Below are positions 1-10,385 of a DNA stretch of 64,000 nt, one piece after another; the stretch's first letter is position 1, and every line of letters begins with the position of its first letter. Position numbers and translations under genes: made by a program. The notes beneath the pieces were generated by a model. It worked only from the letters and a program-made list of their open reading frames with translations. It ran no database searches and was not told the DNA's origin. The stretch comes from an uncultured bacterium. Its GTDB lineage: Bacteria > Hydrothermota > UBA3073 > NMUJ01 > CBEVQO01. The stretch is taken from contig CBEVQO010000004.1 of the NCBI GenBank assembly GCA_965552055.1, positions 64,001 through 128,000 on the forward strand, in the 5' to 3' direction.

Positions 1-1
1 T

Positions 2-172
2 ATCGGATATTTAGAAGATCATTACCTAGCACCGCCCTATTACCCAAAGTGTGTGATGAGTGTATGGTATGATTTAAAAGATTGGGTGCATGAGCCTAGG
101 TTTTGTACAACCTGTGTGCGTTTGCTACGACATCCAAGGTTAAAAGGTCCTGTGGTGTTTAAAAGGAGGTGA
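2..172 (+). CDS. 3' end of a gene entering from the left; possible zinc metalloprotease (metzincin/archaemetzincin-like tail)
   Basis: Frame 2 is open from the edge to TGA 170-172: IGYLEDHYLAPPYYPKCVMSVWYDLKDWVHEPRFCTTCVRLL...VVFKRR*. G..H, CVM (Met-turn-like) and FCxxC resemble archaemetzincin C-termini. Any HExxH would lie outside the window. Confidence 0.4.
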   Translation: MGYLEDHYLAPPYYPKCVMSVWYDLKDWVHEPRFCTTCVRLLRHPRLKGPVVFKRR

Positions 173-731
173 TATGGTTGTTTTATTTCTTATACTCATT
201 ACACCAAAGGATATATTTAAAGAATCCGAAAGAATTTGGGGAACTACACCTATTTCTATTGAAATAAAGTTAAAAAATCCTAAACCTGTCTATTTAGTAG
301 GCGAGCCGATTCTACTTGAAGCAAAAATAAAAAATGTAAGTAATGAAGTGGTGAAAGCCAATTTCCATGGGTTTGCGAGCCTTTCATGGCGAATATATTT
401 TAGAGACAAAGAAGGCAAATCTGATATCCTATCTCCACTGATACCCGGCGAATACATAATGCGAAATTGGGATAAATTGCCTGAGATTGCCCCCGGTGAT
501 TCGGTTATAAGAGTTTGCAACTTAGCACCACGGTTAGGTTCTCGAACAGGCTGTATAGATTCTGTGGTATTTGTTTCACTACCGTATGTGATAAATTGGA
601 GGGAAGCACCTCTTCACAAACCATTTTGGTGGGGGAAAATTGTAGTACCACTTCACATTGAATTAAATATTAAACGACCTGCAGGAAACACAAAATGAGC
701 AGAGTAGTGTTTAAAAGGAGGTGATATGGTT
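155..731 (+). repeat. 25-bp exact direct repeat GTGTTTAAAAGGAGGTGATATGGTT at 155-179 and 707-731, marking a tandem duplication
   Basis: Read directly. It spans the upstream stop codon, SD and start codon of both paralogues. Confidence 0.9.
174..698 (+). CDS. Secreted Ig-like hypothetical protein (BsuPI-like fold suspected); shorter paralogue of 726..1616
   Basis: Strong SD (AAGGAGGTGAT), hydrophobic N-terminus, and block-wise similarity to the next ORF (WGTTPISIEI, MRNWDK.PE.APGDSVIRV, KPFWWG.I.VPLHIELNI). Confidence 0.7.
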   Translation: MVVLFLILITPKDIFKESERIWGTTPISIEIKLKNPKPVYLVGEPILLEAKIKNVSNEVVKANFHGFASLSWRIYFRDKEGKSDILSPLIPGEYIMRNWDKLPEIAPGDSVIRVCNLAPRLGSRTGCIDSVVFVSLPYVINWREAPLHKPFWWGKIVVPLHIELNIKRPAGNTK

Positions 732-1616
732 TTTCTTATATTTATTGCAAAAATTTATCCAATAGACATAATAAGGGAATCTGAAAAAATATGGGGAACT
801 ACTCCTATTTCAATTGAGATAAGGATAAGGAATCCTAAACCAGTGTATCTAGATGCTGAAGAGATTTGGTTAGAAGCGAAAGTGAAAAATATAAGTAATG
901 AAGTGGTGAAGTGTATAATTCCTACTCTTGGTACTGAATCGGCATGGCGCATATATTTTACAGATGAGGAAGGCAAATCATATCTTTTGAGTTCGAGAAT
1001 AAAAGAGGGTCCTTTGGCTCCAATGCGAAATTGGGACAAAATACCTGAACTTGCACCCGGAGATTCAGTTATAAGGGTCACTGACTTAGCGTGGGCGTTT
1101 ATGAATCTGCGTTCAGGATGCATAGACTCTGTAGTTTATTTTGGGTTGCCACCCTGCGCAAATTGGCGAAAAGCACCTATTAGAAAGCCATTCTGGTGGG
1201 GAAGAATTAAAGTACCTCTCCATATTGAGTTAAACATAGAGCAACCTACTGGAAAAGAAAGGGAGATAATTAGGATGGTAGGTAGGCTGGCTTATCGAAG
1301 AATATATCCTCAGAGGTTGATAAATATATTGAGAGAATATCCTCAAACTGTCTATATTAAAAGAGCATTAGATGAATTGCACTTTATGTTAGATTGCGAT
1401 TTAGACGATATAAGACGCAAATCTCCTCATCGTCCAGAAGGCATAGTGTTAAATGAAAAAGAAATTGCTCAAACAATTGAAGATATTTTAGAATTCCTTG
1501 ACACATACGAGGAAGTTATTGACTCAGTGAAATTTAAAGGTTTTACATCAGGCTGGCGAAAAAGATTTTTAAAGTTACAAGATAAGCTTAATAAGTTGAT
1601 GCTTAAAAAGGAGTGA
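726..1616 (+). CDS. Secreted hypothetical protein, Ig-like N-domain plus helical C-domain
   Basis: 296-aa ORF with SD. Paralogue of 174..698 with about 115 extra helical residues. Confidence 0.75.
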   Translation: MVFLIFIAKIYPIDIIRESEKIWGTTPISIEIRIRNPKPVYLDAEEIWLEAKVKNISNEVVKCIIPTLGTESAWRIYFTDEEGKSYLLSSRIKEGPLAPMRNWDKIPELAPGDSVIRVTDLAWAFMNLRSGCIDSVVYFGLPPCANWRKAPIRKPFWWGRIKVPLHIELNIEQPTGKEREIIRMVGRLAYRRIYPQRLINILREYPQTVYIKRALDELHFMLDCDLDDIRRKSPHRPEGIVLNEKEIAQTIEDILEFLDTYEEVIDSVKFKGFTSGWRKRFLKLQDKLNKLMLKKE

Positions 1617-4238
1617 TTATGCACAAATTAATATTAATTTTAATTTTGAAGATTATACCGGGTTGGGAAGACAGTCTTAAAAAATATGGTGCTAAAATTC
1701 CTGTTCTCATGGCTAACAAAAAAGCGAAATATGGTGCTAAATTGGTGCAACAGAACTTAATAAGCGAACCAATAACGATAAGGCGATTTACCAGGAAGGT
1801 AGCCGAAAAATATTATGGTAAAAAAATATTTTCGAACCTCATAACCGGAATACTTTTCCTTGATACACCTGGTGGTAAAATTTTACTTGTGTGTGACTGG
1901 TGGTGGCACAGAGTGTGCTGGATAAACGAAGGTTCTCCCGATATTCATGCTTTCGGTGAAAAAGAGTTAAACAAACCTTCTGAAATAGTTGGCAAGTATC
2001 CTTATTTATTTGTATGTGATGAGGCTTGTGGAACAGATAGTATGCGTGGCAGAATCGTTAAATATAAAATAGTGATAGATTCTGTGAAACAAAAAGGGAG
2101 GTGGATAAAATATGTAAAGGATATTGTATTTGTAAAATTTATAGGTGAAAATAAATTTTACTGGCTTAGTGATATAGATTATTCCGATAATGGCACACCT
2201 TACGATATTACAGATGACTGTATCTATGCGGCGGATGTTTCAGGTAACGCTATTTTGAAATTTGATTTAAATGGTAATTTACTCTCAAAAGTTTCTATAG
2301 GGGATAGATTTTTCTCACCTCGTGAAATTGCCGTTGGTAAATCGAATGGAGTAAACACGAAAGATATTTATGTAGTGCTTTGGGGTGGTACTGACTATAA
2401 GATAGTAAAATATCGAGATACTGCAAATATTGTGAATATCACAGGATGTTATGAACTGCGTAATTCGGTTTTAGATATTAAAATAGATAATTTTGGTTAT
2501 CCGTATATTACATGGTCTGGTTTTGATTGTAGTACAGGAGAATATACCCAGGACAAAATCGTTAAATTCAAAAAAGATTTATCGGATACATTATGGACTT
2601 ATGGAGGACATGGTTTTGGAGATGGTAAATTTTTCGCTGTAAAAAATATGTGTATTTACAATCAAGAAATGTTTGTTACAGAAGCATATACGGATTCATC
2701 GGGCATATCTTACTACTGGATAGAGGGTGTGCGCGACACTATACCTCCTGTTGTGAAAATACTATCACCACCCTGTAGCACCTATGTTAATCATTTGATA
2801 AAGATAGTGGGAACTGTAAAAGATGAATCTGCAATAAAATACTGGCAAATATACTGGGGTGAAGGTGTGAATCCCTCTAAATGGAATTTTATAAATTTTG
2901 ATACAAGGGCAATTGAAAAATCGGTGCTTGGTGAGTGGGATACTTACGGGTTAACCCCCTGGTGTCTATGCTATTTATCTTTTTGCGGAGGATTTTGGAG
3001 GTAATGTAAGTCGTTGCACTACATGGGTCTGGGTTGGTGAGCCACCTTGCATACTACAATTTGGCACTATGGGGTTTGGCAAAGGAGAATTCAGATTACC
3101 CAAGGATGTTGCAGTTGATGAAGAAGGTAACATTTATGTTCTTGATACTCAAAACGATAGAGTGCAAAAATTTGATAATCAGGGGAATTTTATCCTTGAG
3201 TTTGGTAAGCATGGCAGGTCAAAAGGTGAATTTATGAATCCTACAGGAATATTTGTTAAAGATAGAATTTATATCACGGATACTTATAATGATAGAATTC
3301 AGGTTTTCGTTCTAAATGGTGATTACTTATTTGAATTTGGAGGTAAAGGCAGTTCTCAAGGCTTATTTAATCATCCGGGGAATATTGCAATTAGTTCTTT
3401 TCTTTTTGTTACAGATATGCATAATCATCGGGTGCAAAAATTCGATTTAAATGGCAATTTCTTATCTTCTTTTGGTAGATACGGTGATGAAGCTGGTGAA
3501 TTTGATCAGCCAACAGGTATTGATGTAATGGGCAATAAAATTGTAATTGCAGATAGGCAGAATCATCGTGTACAGGTGGTAAATTTTGATGGTAATCCGG
3601 TTCTAATAATTGGTGGAGAAGGCAAAGAAGATGGCAAATTCGATCGTCCATGGGATTGTGCATTTGATAAAGATAGTTCAATTTATGTGGTGGATTGTAA
3701 CAATAACAGAGTGCAGAAGTTTGATAAATTTGGCAATAGATTGCTCACGATTTACGGTGCTCCTGATTCACTAAAATTACCATGCGGATGCTGTATGAAA
3801 GATGCATTGTATATTGCTGATACACATAATCACAGGGTTGTAAAATTTTCCTGCTGGTTCTCTTTGCATGCAGAAAAGTTATCGAGCATTCTTAATAAAA
3901 CCAGTGATTTGTCAATCGCATTTCCCAATCCATCAAGGGACAAAGTAAAAATATTTTTTGAGCTACCACATGAAAATGTGAATTTATCTTCGTCAAAATT
4001 TTCAAAACATGTTGTGCAAAATTATGATTATGGGGCTTATAATGTGAGCATAAAGATTTATGATGTAATGGGCAGACTTATAAAAACAGTTTATGAAGGC
4101 GTTTTACCTTCAGGCAAATATGTATTCACATGGGACAGGAGTGATAAAAGTGGCAGGGAAGTTTCTCCCGGTGTCTATTTTTATATTTTGAGAATCAACG
4201 ATAAATGTGAATCAAAGAAGATAGTGATAGTTAAATAA
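1613..4238 (+). pseudogene. NHL-repeat beta-propeller / Ig-like secreted protein with T9SS/FlgD-type CTD, split by a +1 frameshift in a C5 tract (2955-2959)
   Basis: Removing one C joins ORF 1613..3004 to 3069..4238 as ...WDTYGLTPGVYAIYLFAEDFGGN...QFGTMGFGKGEFRLP (~874 aa). NHL repeats (DTQNDRVQKFD), CTD motifs FPNP..YDVMGR..PGVYFY..KIVIVK. Confidence 0.8.
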
Positions 4239-4316
4239 ATTTTTTAATGCGAGCGTAAGCGAGCCTGTTACATATGGGTTGTGAGGAGGGTGGTGGGGAC
4301 AGGGAGGCGGGGCTAA
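4239..4316. repeat. Short intergenic repeat, family B (MITE/REP-like); related to 46155..46344
   Basis: Shares TTTTTAATGCGAG..GTA..CGAGC, ATGGGTT and GGTGGGGACwGGGAGGyGGGGCTAA with the 46.2 kb element. Confidence 0.75.
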
Positions 4317-5704
4317 TAATTTCTATCTTTTTCTATTGTTAATATTTCTTCTTCTTTTGGTGGAACAGGGTAATCTCCTGTGAAACATGCTGTGCAGAAT
4401 CTACCTTCCCCTGCTGCCCTTAACATGCCTTCGACTGTTTGATATACCAGAGCATCCACACCCAGAATTTTCCTTATTTCTTCCACTTCTTTATCCCTTG
4501 CAATAAATTCTGCTCTTGTCTGCATATCTATACCGTAATAACAGGGATAGCGTAAAGGCGGACAGGATGAAGCAAAATAAATCTCTCTGGGCTTAACATT
4601 CTTTATCAGATTAACAATGGCTTTGGATGTCACTCCTCTTACTATGCTATCGTCAACTATCAAAACTTTTTTGCCCCTAATTTCTTCCTTTATTGGATTT
4701 AATTTGAATTTAACCTGTTGAGTTTTATCAACATCTCTTGGCATTATAAAGGTTCTTGCTATGTATCTGTTTTTAATCAATCCTTCTCTAAATTTTACAC
4801 CCAGTTCTTCTGCGAGTGCTAAAGCAGCGCATCTTGCGGTATCAGGCACGGGTATTACGACATCTGGCTGTAAGCCCATTTTCTTTACTTCTTTCGCAAG
4901 TTCTTTACCCAATCTAAATCTAACTTCGTAAACCGTTTGTCCATCGAGCACACTATCCGGTCTCGCAAAATAGATATATTCAAAGATACAGTGATGGGGA
5001 TTCTCTGGCAATAACTGCTTTTCTATGATTTTGCCATCTTCTTTTATCAAAACTATTTCCCCGCCTTTCACATCTCTTATTAATTCATAACCAAGCACAT
5101 CTATTGCAACGCTTTCTGATGCGAAAATGAAGTTTTTGCCCCTTTTACCGAATACAAGAGGTTTTATCGCATTTGGGTCACGGAAAGCAAATAAACCGTA
5201 TTCAGGGATATAAGCGACACAGGAATAACTTCCCCTTACTTTTTTCATCAAATTTTCAACCGCTTTGAATAAATCGCCTGTTTCCTGTAATTCACTTGCA
5301 AGGATGTTTAAAAGAATTTCCGCATCACAATTTGTATTTATATGCCTGCTATATTTTTTTATTAATTCTTCTTTCAATGCATGATAGTTTAATATGTTTC
5401 CGTTATGTGCTAATGCAATTCCATAAGGTGTATTTACATAAAATGGCTGGGCATCTTCTGGGTCGCCTTTTCCAATCGTGGGATACCTTACATGCCCAAT
5501 TCCTACTTTGCCCTTTAACCTTTTCAGTTCTTCTTCTGTAAATAGCTGCGGGACGGTTCCCAGTCCCTTTTTTAAATAAAATCTACCTTCATGATAGGTT
5601 ATTATCCCACATGCATCCTGACCACGATGCTGTAATGAGAAGAGCGCAATGTAAATATCATGAGAGACAGGACTTTCGGATTTAATACCTACTATTCCAC
5701 ACAT
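4313..5704 (-). CDS. purF: Amidophosphoribosyltransferase
   Basis: N-terminal MCGIVG, QHRGQD, GHVRYPT, PRPP motif VDDSIVRG, Fe-S cysteines. Confidence 0.97.
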   Translation of the reverse strand: MCGIVGIKSESPVSHDIYIALFSLQHRGQDACGIITYHEGRFYLKKGLGTVPQLFTEEELKRLKGKVGIGHVRYPTIGKGDPEDAQPFYVNTPYGIALAHNGNILNYHALKEELIKKYSRHINTNCDAEILLNILASELQETGDLFKAVENLMKKVRGSYSCVAYIPEYGLFAFRDPNAIKPLVFGKRGKNFIFASESVAIDVLGYELIRDVKGGEIVLIKEDGKIIEKQLLPENPHHCIFEYIYFARPDSVLDGQTVYEVRFRLGKELAKEVKKMGLQPDVVIPVPDTARCAALALAEELGVKFREGLIKNRYIARTFIMPRDVDKTQQVKFKLNPIKEEIRGKKVLIVDDSIVRGVTSKAIVNLIKNVKPREIYFASSCPPLRYPCYYGIDMQTRAEFIARDKEVEEIRKILGVDALVYQTVEGMLRAAGEGRFCTACFTGDYPVPPKEEEILTIEKDRNY

Positions 5705-5707
5705 TTA

Positions 5708-7312
5708 TTATTTTAATTTCACAATTTTAACAAATTTCTCTTCTTTAGCGTTTTTAATTCTCAAAAAGTATATTCCTTCTGGAACATCTCCAATCCACAT
5801 CTTACGGGCATTTACTTTTTTAATCCTCCTGCCGTTTACATCATATAGCATAAGTGTTAGATTATTCTGACATCCTATTCGAATCCAGTTTTCATCGTAT
5901 GTTATTCTCATTTTTGATTTTTGTGCATTTTCCGTAATTTCCATAGTACGCACAGTAAATGGATTTGAGATACGCACAGCAACGAGTTTTCCTGCTGTAT
6001 CATAAGCTTCCACTTTTATCCTGCATTGATTTGAATTGACATTTGGCAAAATCACATCACATTCTAATGTATCGCGATAAGGTATGCTATCTGCGAGTAT
6101 GGAATAGTTTTGTCCGTCTGGTGTAAACAGCATTTTCAAATGACTCATATTTACATAGTATCTGCGATTTTTAATTTTTATTGAGTGAACTGAGCCCGCA
6201 AGCCAGTTTTCATCACCGTTTGGTTCAATGATATTTATATTACAGAAGCCACCATTAATATTTACTTTTAGCAAATATACATCATCTTCGCCGGCACCAT
6301 AAGAATAGGTAGAACCACAAATTATATAACCACCATCTGATGTCTGCTGAACACTGAACCCATAATCATTTTTACTGCCTCCATAAGTCCTTGTCCACTC
6401 AGTATCTCCATTTGCGTTAACTTTTATCAAATAAATATCTTTACATCCTGCACCGTAAGATTCGGTGCAACCACAAATTATATATCCACCATCAGAAGTT
6501 TGCCAGACACTATATCCATAATCGTAATCGCTACCTCCATAAGTTCTTGTCCACTCAGTATCTCCGTTAGCATTCACTTTTAGCAAATATATGTCGCCAC
6601 CTGCACCATAAGAGCCGGTATAACCACAGATTATGTAGCCACCATCTGAAGTTTGATGAACACAATTACCGCAATCTGTGCCACTACCACCGTATGTTCT
6701 TGTCCACTCAGTATCTCCATTAGCATTAATTTTTAGTAAAAATACATCTCCGCATGAATCCCATTTAAAATCATAAGTGCCACAAACAATATATCCACTA
6801 TCAGATGTTTGCCGAATACTCGTGCCATAATCCGGTAGTGCATCACCATCTCCATAAGCTCTTGTCCACTCAGTATCTCCTTTTGCATCCAGTTTTACAA
6901 GGAATACATTATATCCACAAATTATATAACCACCGTCAAATGTCTGCTCAACATCATAACCACCGTAAGGCCTTGTCCACTCTGTATCTCCATTAGCATC
7001 AACTTTTATCACACAGGAACCACAAATTATGTACCCGCCGTCAGATGTTTGTCGAACACTGAAACCGTAATTAAAAAGCCATCCGCTTTTTCCATATTTT
7101 CTTGTCCATTCAGTATCACCAATTGCATTTAATTTTATCAGATACACATAACTTGTATCTCCTTTGTAAGTATAACCGCAAACTACATATCCGCTGTCAG
7201 AAGTTTGCCGAACATTCTGCCCTGCATCGCAATAAACATTTCCATAGATTCTTTCCCATGTCAATGCACCTGCGCTCGTGGCTACAAAGCACATTAAAAA
7301 TAACCACCTCAT
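5708..7312 (-). CDS. Secreted beta-propeller repeat protein with T9SS-like CTD
   Basis: Signal peptide, repeats GDTEWTRTYGG..D.G.SV.QTSDGGYIICG, C-terminal YDVNGR..PEGIYFLRI..KIVKLK. Confidence 0.85.
   Translation of the reverse strand: MRWLFLMCFVATSAGALTWERIYGNVYCDAGQNVRQTSDSGYVVCGYTYKGDTSYVYLIKLNAIGDTEWTRKYGKSGWLFNYGFSVRQTSDGGYIICGSCVIKVDANGDTEWTRPYGGYDVEQTFDGGYIICGYNVFLVKLDAKGDTEWTRAYGDGDALPDYGTSIRQTSDSGYIVCGTYDFKWDSCGDVFLLKINANGDTEWTRTYGGSGTDCGNCVHQTSDGGYIICGYTGSYGAGGDIYLLKVNANGDTEWTRTYGGSDYDYGYSVWQTSDGGYIICGCTESYGAGCKDIYLIKVNANGDTEWTRTYGGSKNDYGFSVQQTSDGGYIICGSTYSYGAGEDDVYLLKVNINGGFCNINIIEPNGDENWLAGSVHSIKIKNRRYYVNMSHLKMLFTPDGQNYSILADSIPYRDTLECDVILPNVNSNQCRIKVEAYDTAGKLVAVRISNPFTVRTMEITENAQKSKMRITYDENWIRIGCQNNLTLMLYDVNGRRIKKVNARKMWIGDVPEGIYFLRIKNAKEEKFVKIVKLK
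6390..7120. repeat. Intragenic repeats CTTGTCCACTCAGTATCTCC (six copies, two with mismatches) encoding GDTEWTR
   Basis: Copies start at about 6390, 6546, 6699, 6861, 6972 and 7101, all in frame within the CDS. Confidence 0.85.
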
Positions 7313-7324
7313 ATCTCCTCCTTT

Positions 7325-8209
7325 TTACTCAAATTTTTCACCTTCTTTTATTCTGTAGCCATTTAGAAAATCCAATCCTGTCATTATTTTTTTGCCTTCG
7401 GGTTTCAGCTCTAAAATTTCTATTGAACCTTTGCCTGCCCCTACTATCAAATGTTTTTTATCTTTTAAAATTTTGCCAGGTTTCAAATCTTTATTCTCCA
7501 CTTTGGCTTTCAGAATTATTATTCTTTTTCCTCTGAAGAAGCAAAAAGCTCCGGGTTTCGGAGAAAAAGCCCTTATTTTATTTGTGATTTTCTCGGCATC
7601 TTCCTGCCAGTTTATCCTGCACATTGCTTTCTCTATTTTGGGTGCATAAGTTGCTTCTTTTTCATCCTGTGGGATACCTGCATCTAATTCCCTTAAATTA
7701 TCAAGTGTCTCCAGCAGTAAATCTCCTGATAGTTCACCCAATCTTATAACAAGTTCACCATAAGTTTCGCCATCTTTTATCTCCACTTCTCTTTGCATCA
7801 AGATATTTCCTGCATCTACTTTTTCTGTCATCCAGAAAGTTGTTATCCCTGTTTTTTTCTCGCCATTTAGTAGTGCCCACTGAATGGGTGCAGGTCCGCG
7901 ATATTTCGGCAAAAGAGAAGGATGCACACCGATAAAGCCAATACCCGTAGTTCTTAAAACTTCTTTTGAAATTATGTATCCATAAGCAGCAACGATGCCA
8001 AGATGGGGTCTCAAAGCTTTTAGAAATGTATAGGCAGTCGGTGAATTAGGATTTCCTGTAAAAAATTTCAAATTCTTTTCTCGAGCAAAATTGAAAACGG
8101 GTGAAGGTTCTTTTGTAAAAATAGCACATACATCATGTACACCTATTAATTTTTCAAGTATTTTCAAAGAATATTCCGTTGTGCCAAAAAATGCGATTCT
8201 GTATCTCAT
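7325..8209 (-). CDS. fmt: Methionyl-tRNA formyltransferase
   Basis: FFGT, AYG, HPSLLPKYRGPAPIQW, DAG, ATYAPKI motifs. Confidence 0.95.
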   Translation of the reverse strand: MRYRIAFFGTTEYSLKILEKLIGVHDVCAIFTKEPSPVFNFAREKNLKFFTGNPNSPTAYTFLKALRPHLGIVAAYGYIISKEVLRTTGIGFIGVHPSLLPKYRGPAPIQWALLNGEKKTGITTFWMTEKVDAGNILMQREVEIKDGETYGELVIRLGELSGDLLLETLDNLRELDAGIPQDEKEATYAPKIEKAMCRINWQEDAEKITNKIRAFSPKPGAFCFFRGKRIIILKAKVENKDLKPGKILKDKKHLIVGAGKGSIEILELKPEGKKIMTGLDFLNGYRIKEGEKFE

Positions 8210-10089
8210 TAGATATCGAGATTTACTGCAAACTGTGCGTTTTCTTCTATGAATTTGCGGCGTGGCTCAACTTTCTCGCCCATCAAAATAGAAAATAATC
8301 TATCTGCCTCTTCTGCATCTTCTATCGTCACCTTCTTTATAACTCTCTTTTTCGGGTTCATCGTGGTTTCAAATAATTCATCAGCATTCATTTCTCCCAA
8401 ACCTTTATATCTTTGGATCTCCACTTTTGTGTCTCCCAATCTTTTAAGCAAGCGCTTCAATTCTTCATCAGAATGCACATAGTAAACCTCTTTTTTGGTT
8501 TTAACTTTATAAAGAGGTGGTTGTGCTATAAACAATTTGCCTTTCTCAATGATGTCTCTACCATATCGATAGAAAAGAGTTAGTAAAAGCGTGCGTATGT
8601 GTGAGCCATCGATATCTGCATCTGTCATCAAAATTATTTTCCCATAGCGCAATTTGCCCGTGCCCATACCTGTAGCTGCCATTATCGCTTTTATCTCATC
8701 ATTTGAGAAAATTTTATCGGGTGATGCTTTCTCAACATTTAAAATTTTTCCTTTCAATGGTAATATCGCCTGATAGCGTCTGTCCCGTGCTTGCTTTGCA
8801 GAACCACCAGCTGACTCTCCTTCCACAATATATAACTCGGAGTGAGGAGAGCCCCTGTTTGAGCAATCAGCCAGTTTACCCGGTAAGCTTCCAAACTCTA
8901 TTTTTGCCTTTTTGCGCTCTACTTCGCGTGCTTTTTGAGCAGCAATCCTTGCCCTCGCAGCATTTATAACCCATTTTATTATCCTTTCAGATTCCCTTGG
9001 ATTTTCTTCAAAATATTTTGATAAATGTTGCCTTACAATACCTTCAACTATCCCCTTTACTTCACTGTTTCCCAATTTTGTCTTTGTCTGACCTTCAAAC
9101 TGTGGATTTGGCACTCTTACAGAAAGCACACAGGTCAAGCCTTCCCTTGCATCGTCACCTGTAATCTGGATATTTTTCTTTACAAGATTCATTTTCTTTG
9201 CAAAGTCATTTATCACTTTTGTTAATGCCGATTTAAATCCTATTAAATGTGTTCCGCCTTCTTCTGTATGAATGTTATTTGCATAGCAATAAATATCTTC
9301 GATGTAAGTTGTTGTATATTGCATCGCAAGTTCTAACTGTATGTTTTCCCTTTCATCTTTCACATAAATTATTTTGTGAATCGGGTCTCTACCTTCATTC
9401 AAATACTCAACAAATTCAACCACACCTCCATCATATTTAAAAGTTATAACTTTATCTTTCCTGCCTTCAATTTTGACATCTATTTTTATCCCTTTATTTA
9501 AAAATGCTAATTCCCTTGCTCTTGCCTGAATTATTACAGGGTCAAATTTTATCGTTCTTTTAAAGATTTCTTTATCGGGCAAAAATCTTATAAGTGTGCC
9601 TGTTTTAAATTCTGGTTTTTTGTTCAAAACTTTTAACTCGGTTTTTGGCTCTCCTCTTTCGTATCTCTGATAATAAACTTTTCCGTCTCTCATAACTTCT
9701 ACTTCGAGCCACTCAGATAGTGCATTCACAACGGATATTCCTACACCGTGCAATCCCCCAGCTACTTTATAAACTTTGTGGTCAAACTTTCCACCTGCAT
9801 GTAGTGTTGTTAAAACAACTTCAACTGCTGGACGCTTCTCTGTGGGATGGATATCAACCGGTATTCCTCTTCCGTTATCTAGCACGCTCACGCTTCCATC
9901 TTTGTGCAGTGTTATCCTTATGTAATCGCAGAAGCCAGCCATTGCCTCATCTATACTGTTATCAACTACTTCGAATACAAGATGATGCAAACCCCTTTTA
10001 TCGGTATCCCCTATATACATCGCTGGCCGCTTCCTTACTGCCTCAATATCTTTTAAAACCTGAATTTTCGATGCATCATATTTGCTCAT
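8209..10089 (-). CDS. gyrB: DNA gyrase subunit B
   Basis: VRKRPAMYIG, EVVDNSIDE, GGLHGVG, PGKLADC, MTDADIDG, RYKGLGEM. Confidence 0.92.
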   Translation of the reverse strand: MSKYDASKIQVLKDIEAVRKRPAMYIGDTDKRGLHHLVFEVVDNSIDEAMAGFCDYIRITLHKDGSVSVLDNGRGIPVDIHPTEKRPAVEVVLTTLHAGGKFDHKVYKVAGGLHGVGISVVNALSEWLEVEVMRDGKVYYQRYERGEPKTELKVLNKKPEFKTGTLIRFLPDKEIFKRTIKFDPVIIQARARELAFLNKGIKIDVKIEGRKDKVITFKYDGGVVEFVEYLNEGRDPIHKIIYVKDERENIQLELAMQYTTTYIEDIYCYANNIHTEEGGTHLIGFKSALTKVINDFAKKMNLVKKNIQITGDDAREGLTCVLSVRVPNPQFEGQTKTKLGNSEVKGIVEGIVRQHLSKYFEENPRESERIIKWVINAARARIAAQKAREVERKKAKIEFGSLPGKLADCSNRGSPHSELYIVEGESAGGSAKQARDRRYQAILPLKGKILNVEKASPDKIFSNDEIKAIMAATGMGTGKLRYGKIILMTDADIDGSHIRTLLLTLFYRYGRDIIEKGKLFIAQPPLYKVKTKKEVYYVHSDEELKRLLKRLGDTKVEIQRYKGLGEMNADELFETTMNPKKRVIKKVTIEDAEEADRLFSILMGEKVEPRRKFIEENAQFAVNLDI

Positions 10090-10385
10090 AGCTTCCCCAC
10101 TTTAAATTTTATCCTTTTTATTGTGCTCTCCGGAAATTTTTCTTTTATCCTTTTCAAGAAATCTTCTTCATGCAATGTATAAGAATGAGCTAACAATGGG
10201 TCCGGCACTTTAACTATCAAAGTATCTTTTTTTATCTTTATAGGTTTTGTGCTTTTTACAATTATTTCATCAAAAATGTCTTTCCAGTGAATGATTACTT
10301 CACAATTTCTCATCTCTTTTAAAAGTTTATATTTTTTCAAAATTTTCTCCATTATCCCGGAAATATGTAAAGGTCTTTCTTTCAT
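10086..10385 (-). CDS. DUF721/DciA-family protein
   Basis: 99 aa, W..I...I...TKP...L.V.V pattern, usual position immediately upstream of gyrB. Confidence 0.75.
   Translation of the reverse strand: MKERPLHISGIMEKILKKYKLLKEMRNCEVIIHWKDIFDEIIVKSTKPIKIKKDTLIVKVPDPLLAHSYTLHEEDFLKRIKEKFPESTIKRIKFKVGKL

Noticed and set aside
174..1616. Diversity-generating retroelement TR/VR pair
   Set aside because: Differences are not adenine-specific, include indels, and there is no reverse transcriptase.
6390..7120. Regularly spaced 20-bp repeats resembling a CRISPR array
   Set aside because: Spacing is 110-160 bp, the intervening sequences are similar to each other, and all lie in frame in a repeat protein; no cas genes.
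8209..10385. Replication origin near gyrB
   Set aside because: No dnaA/dnaN, no intergenic space and no DnaA-box cluster seen.
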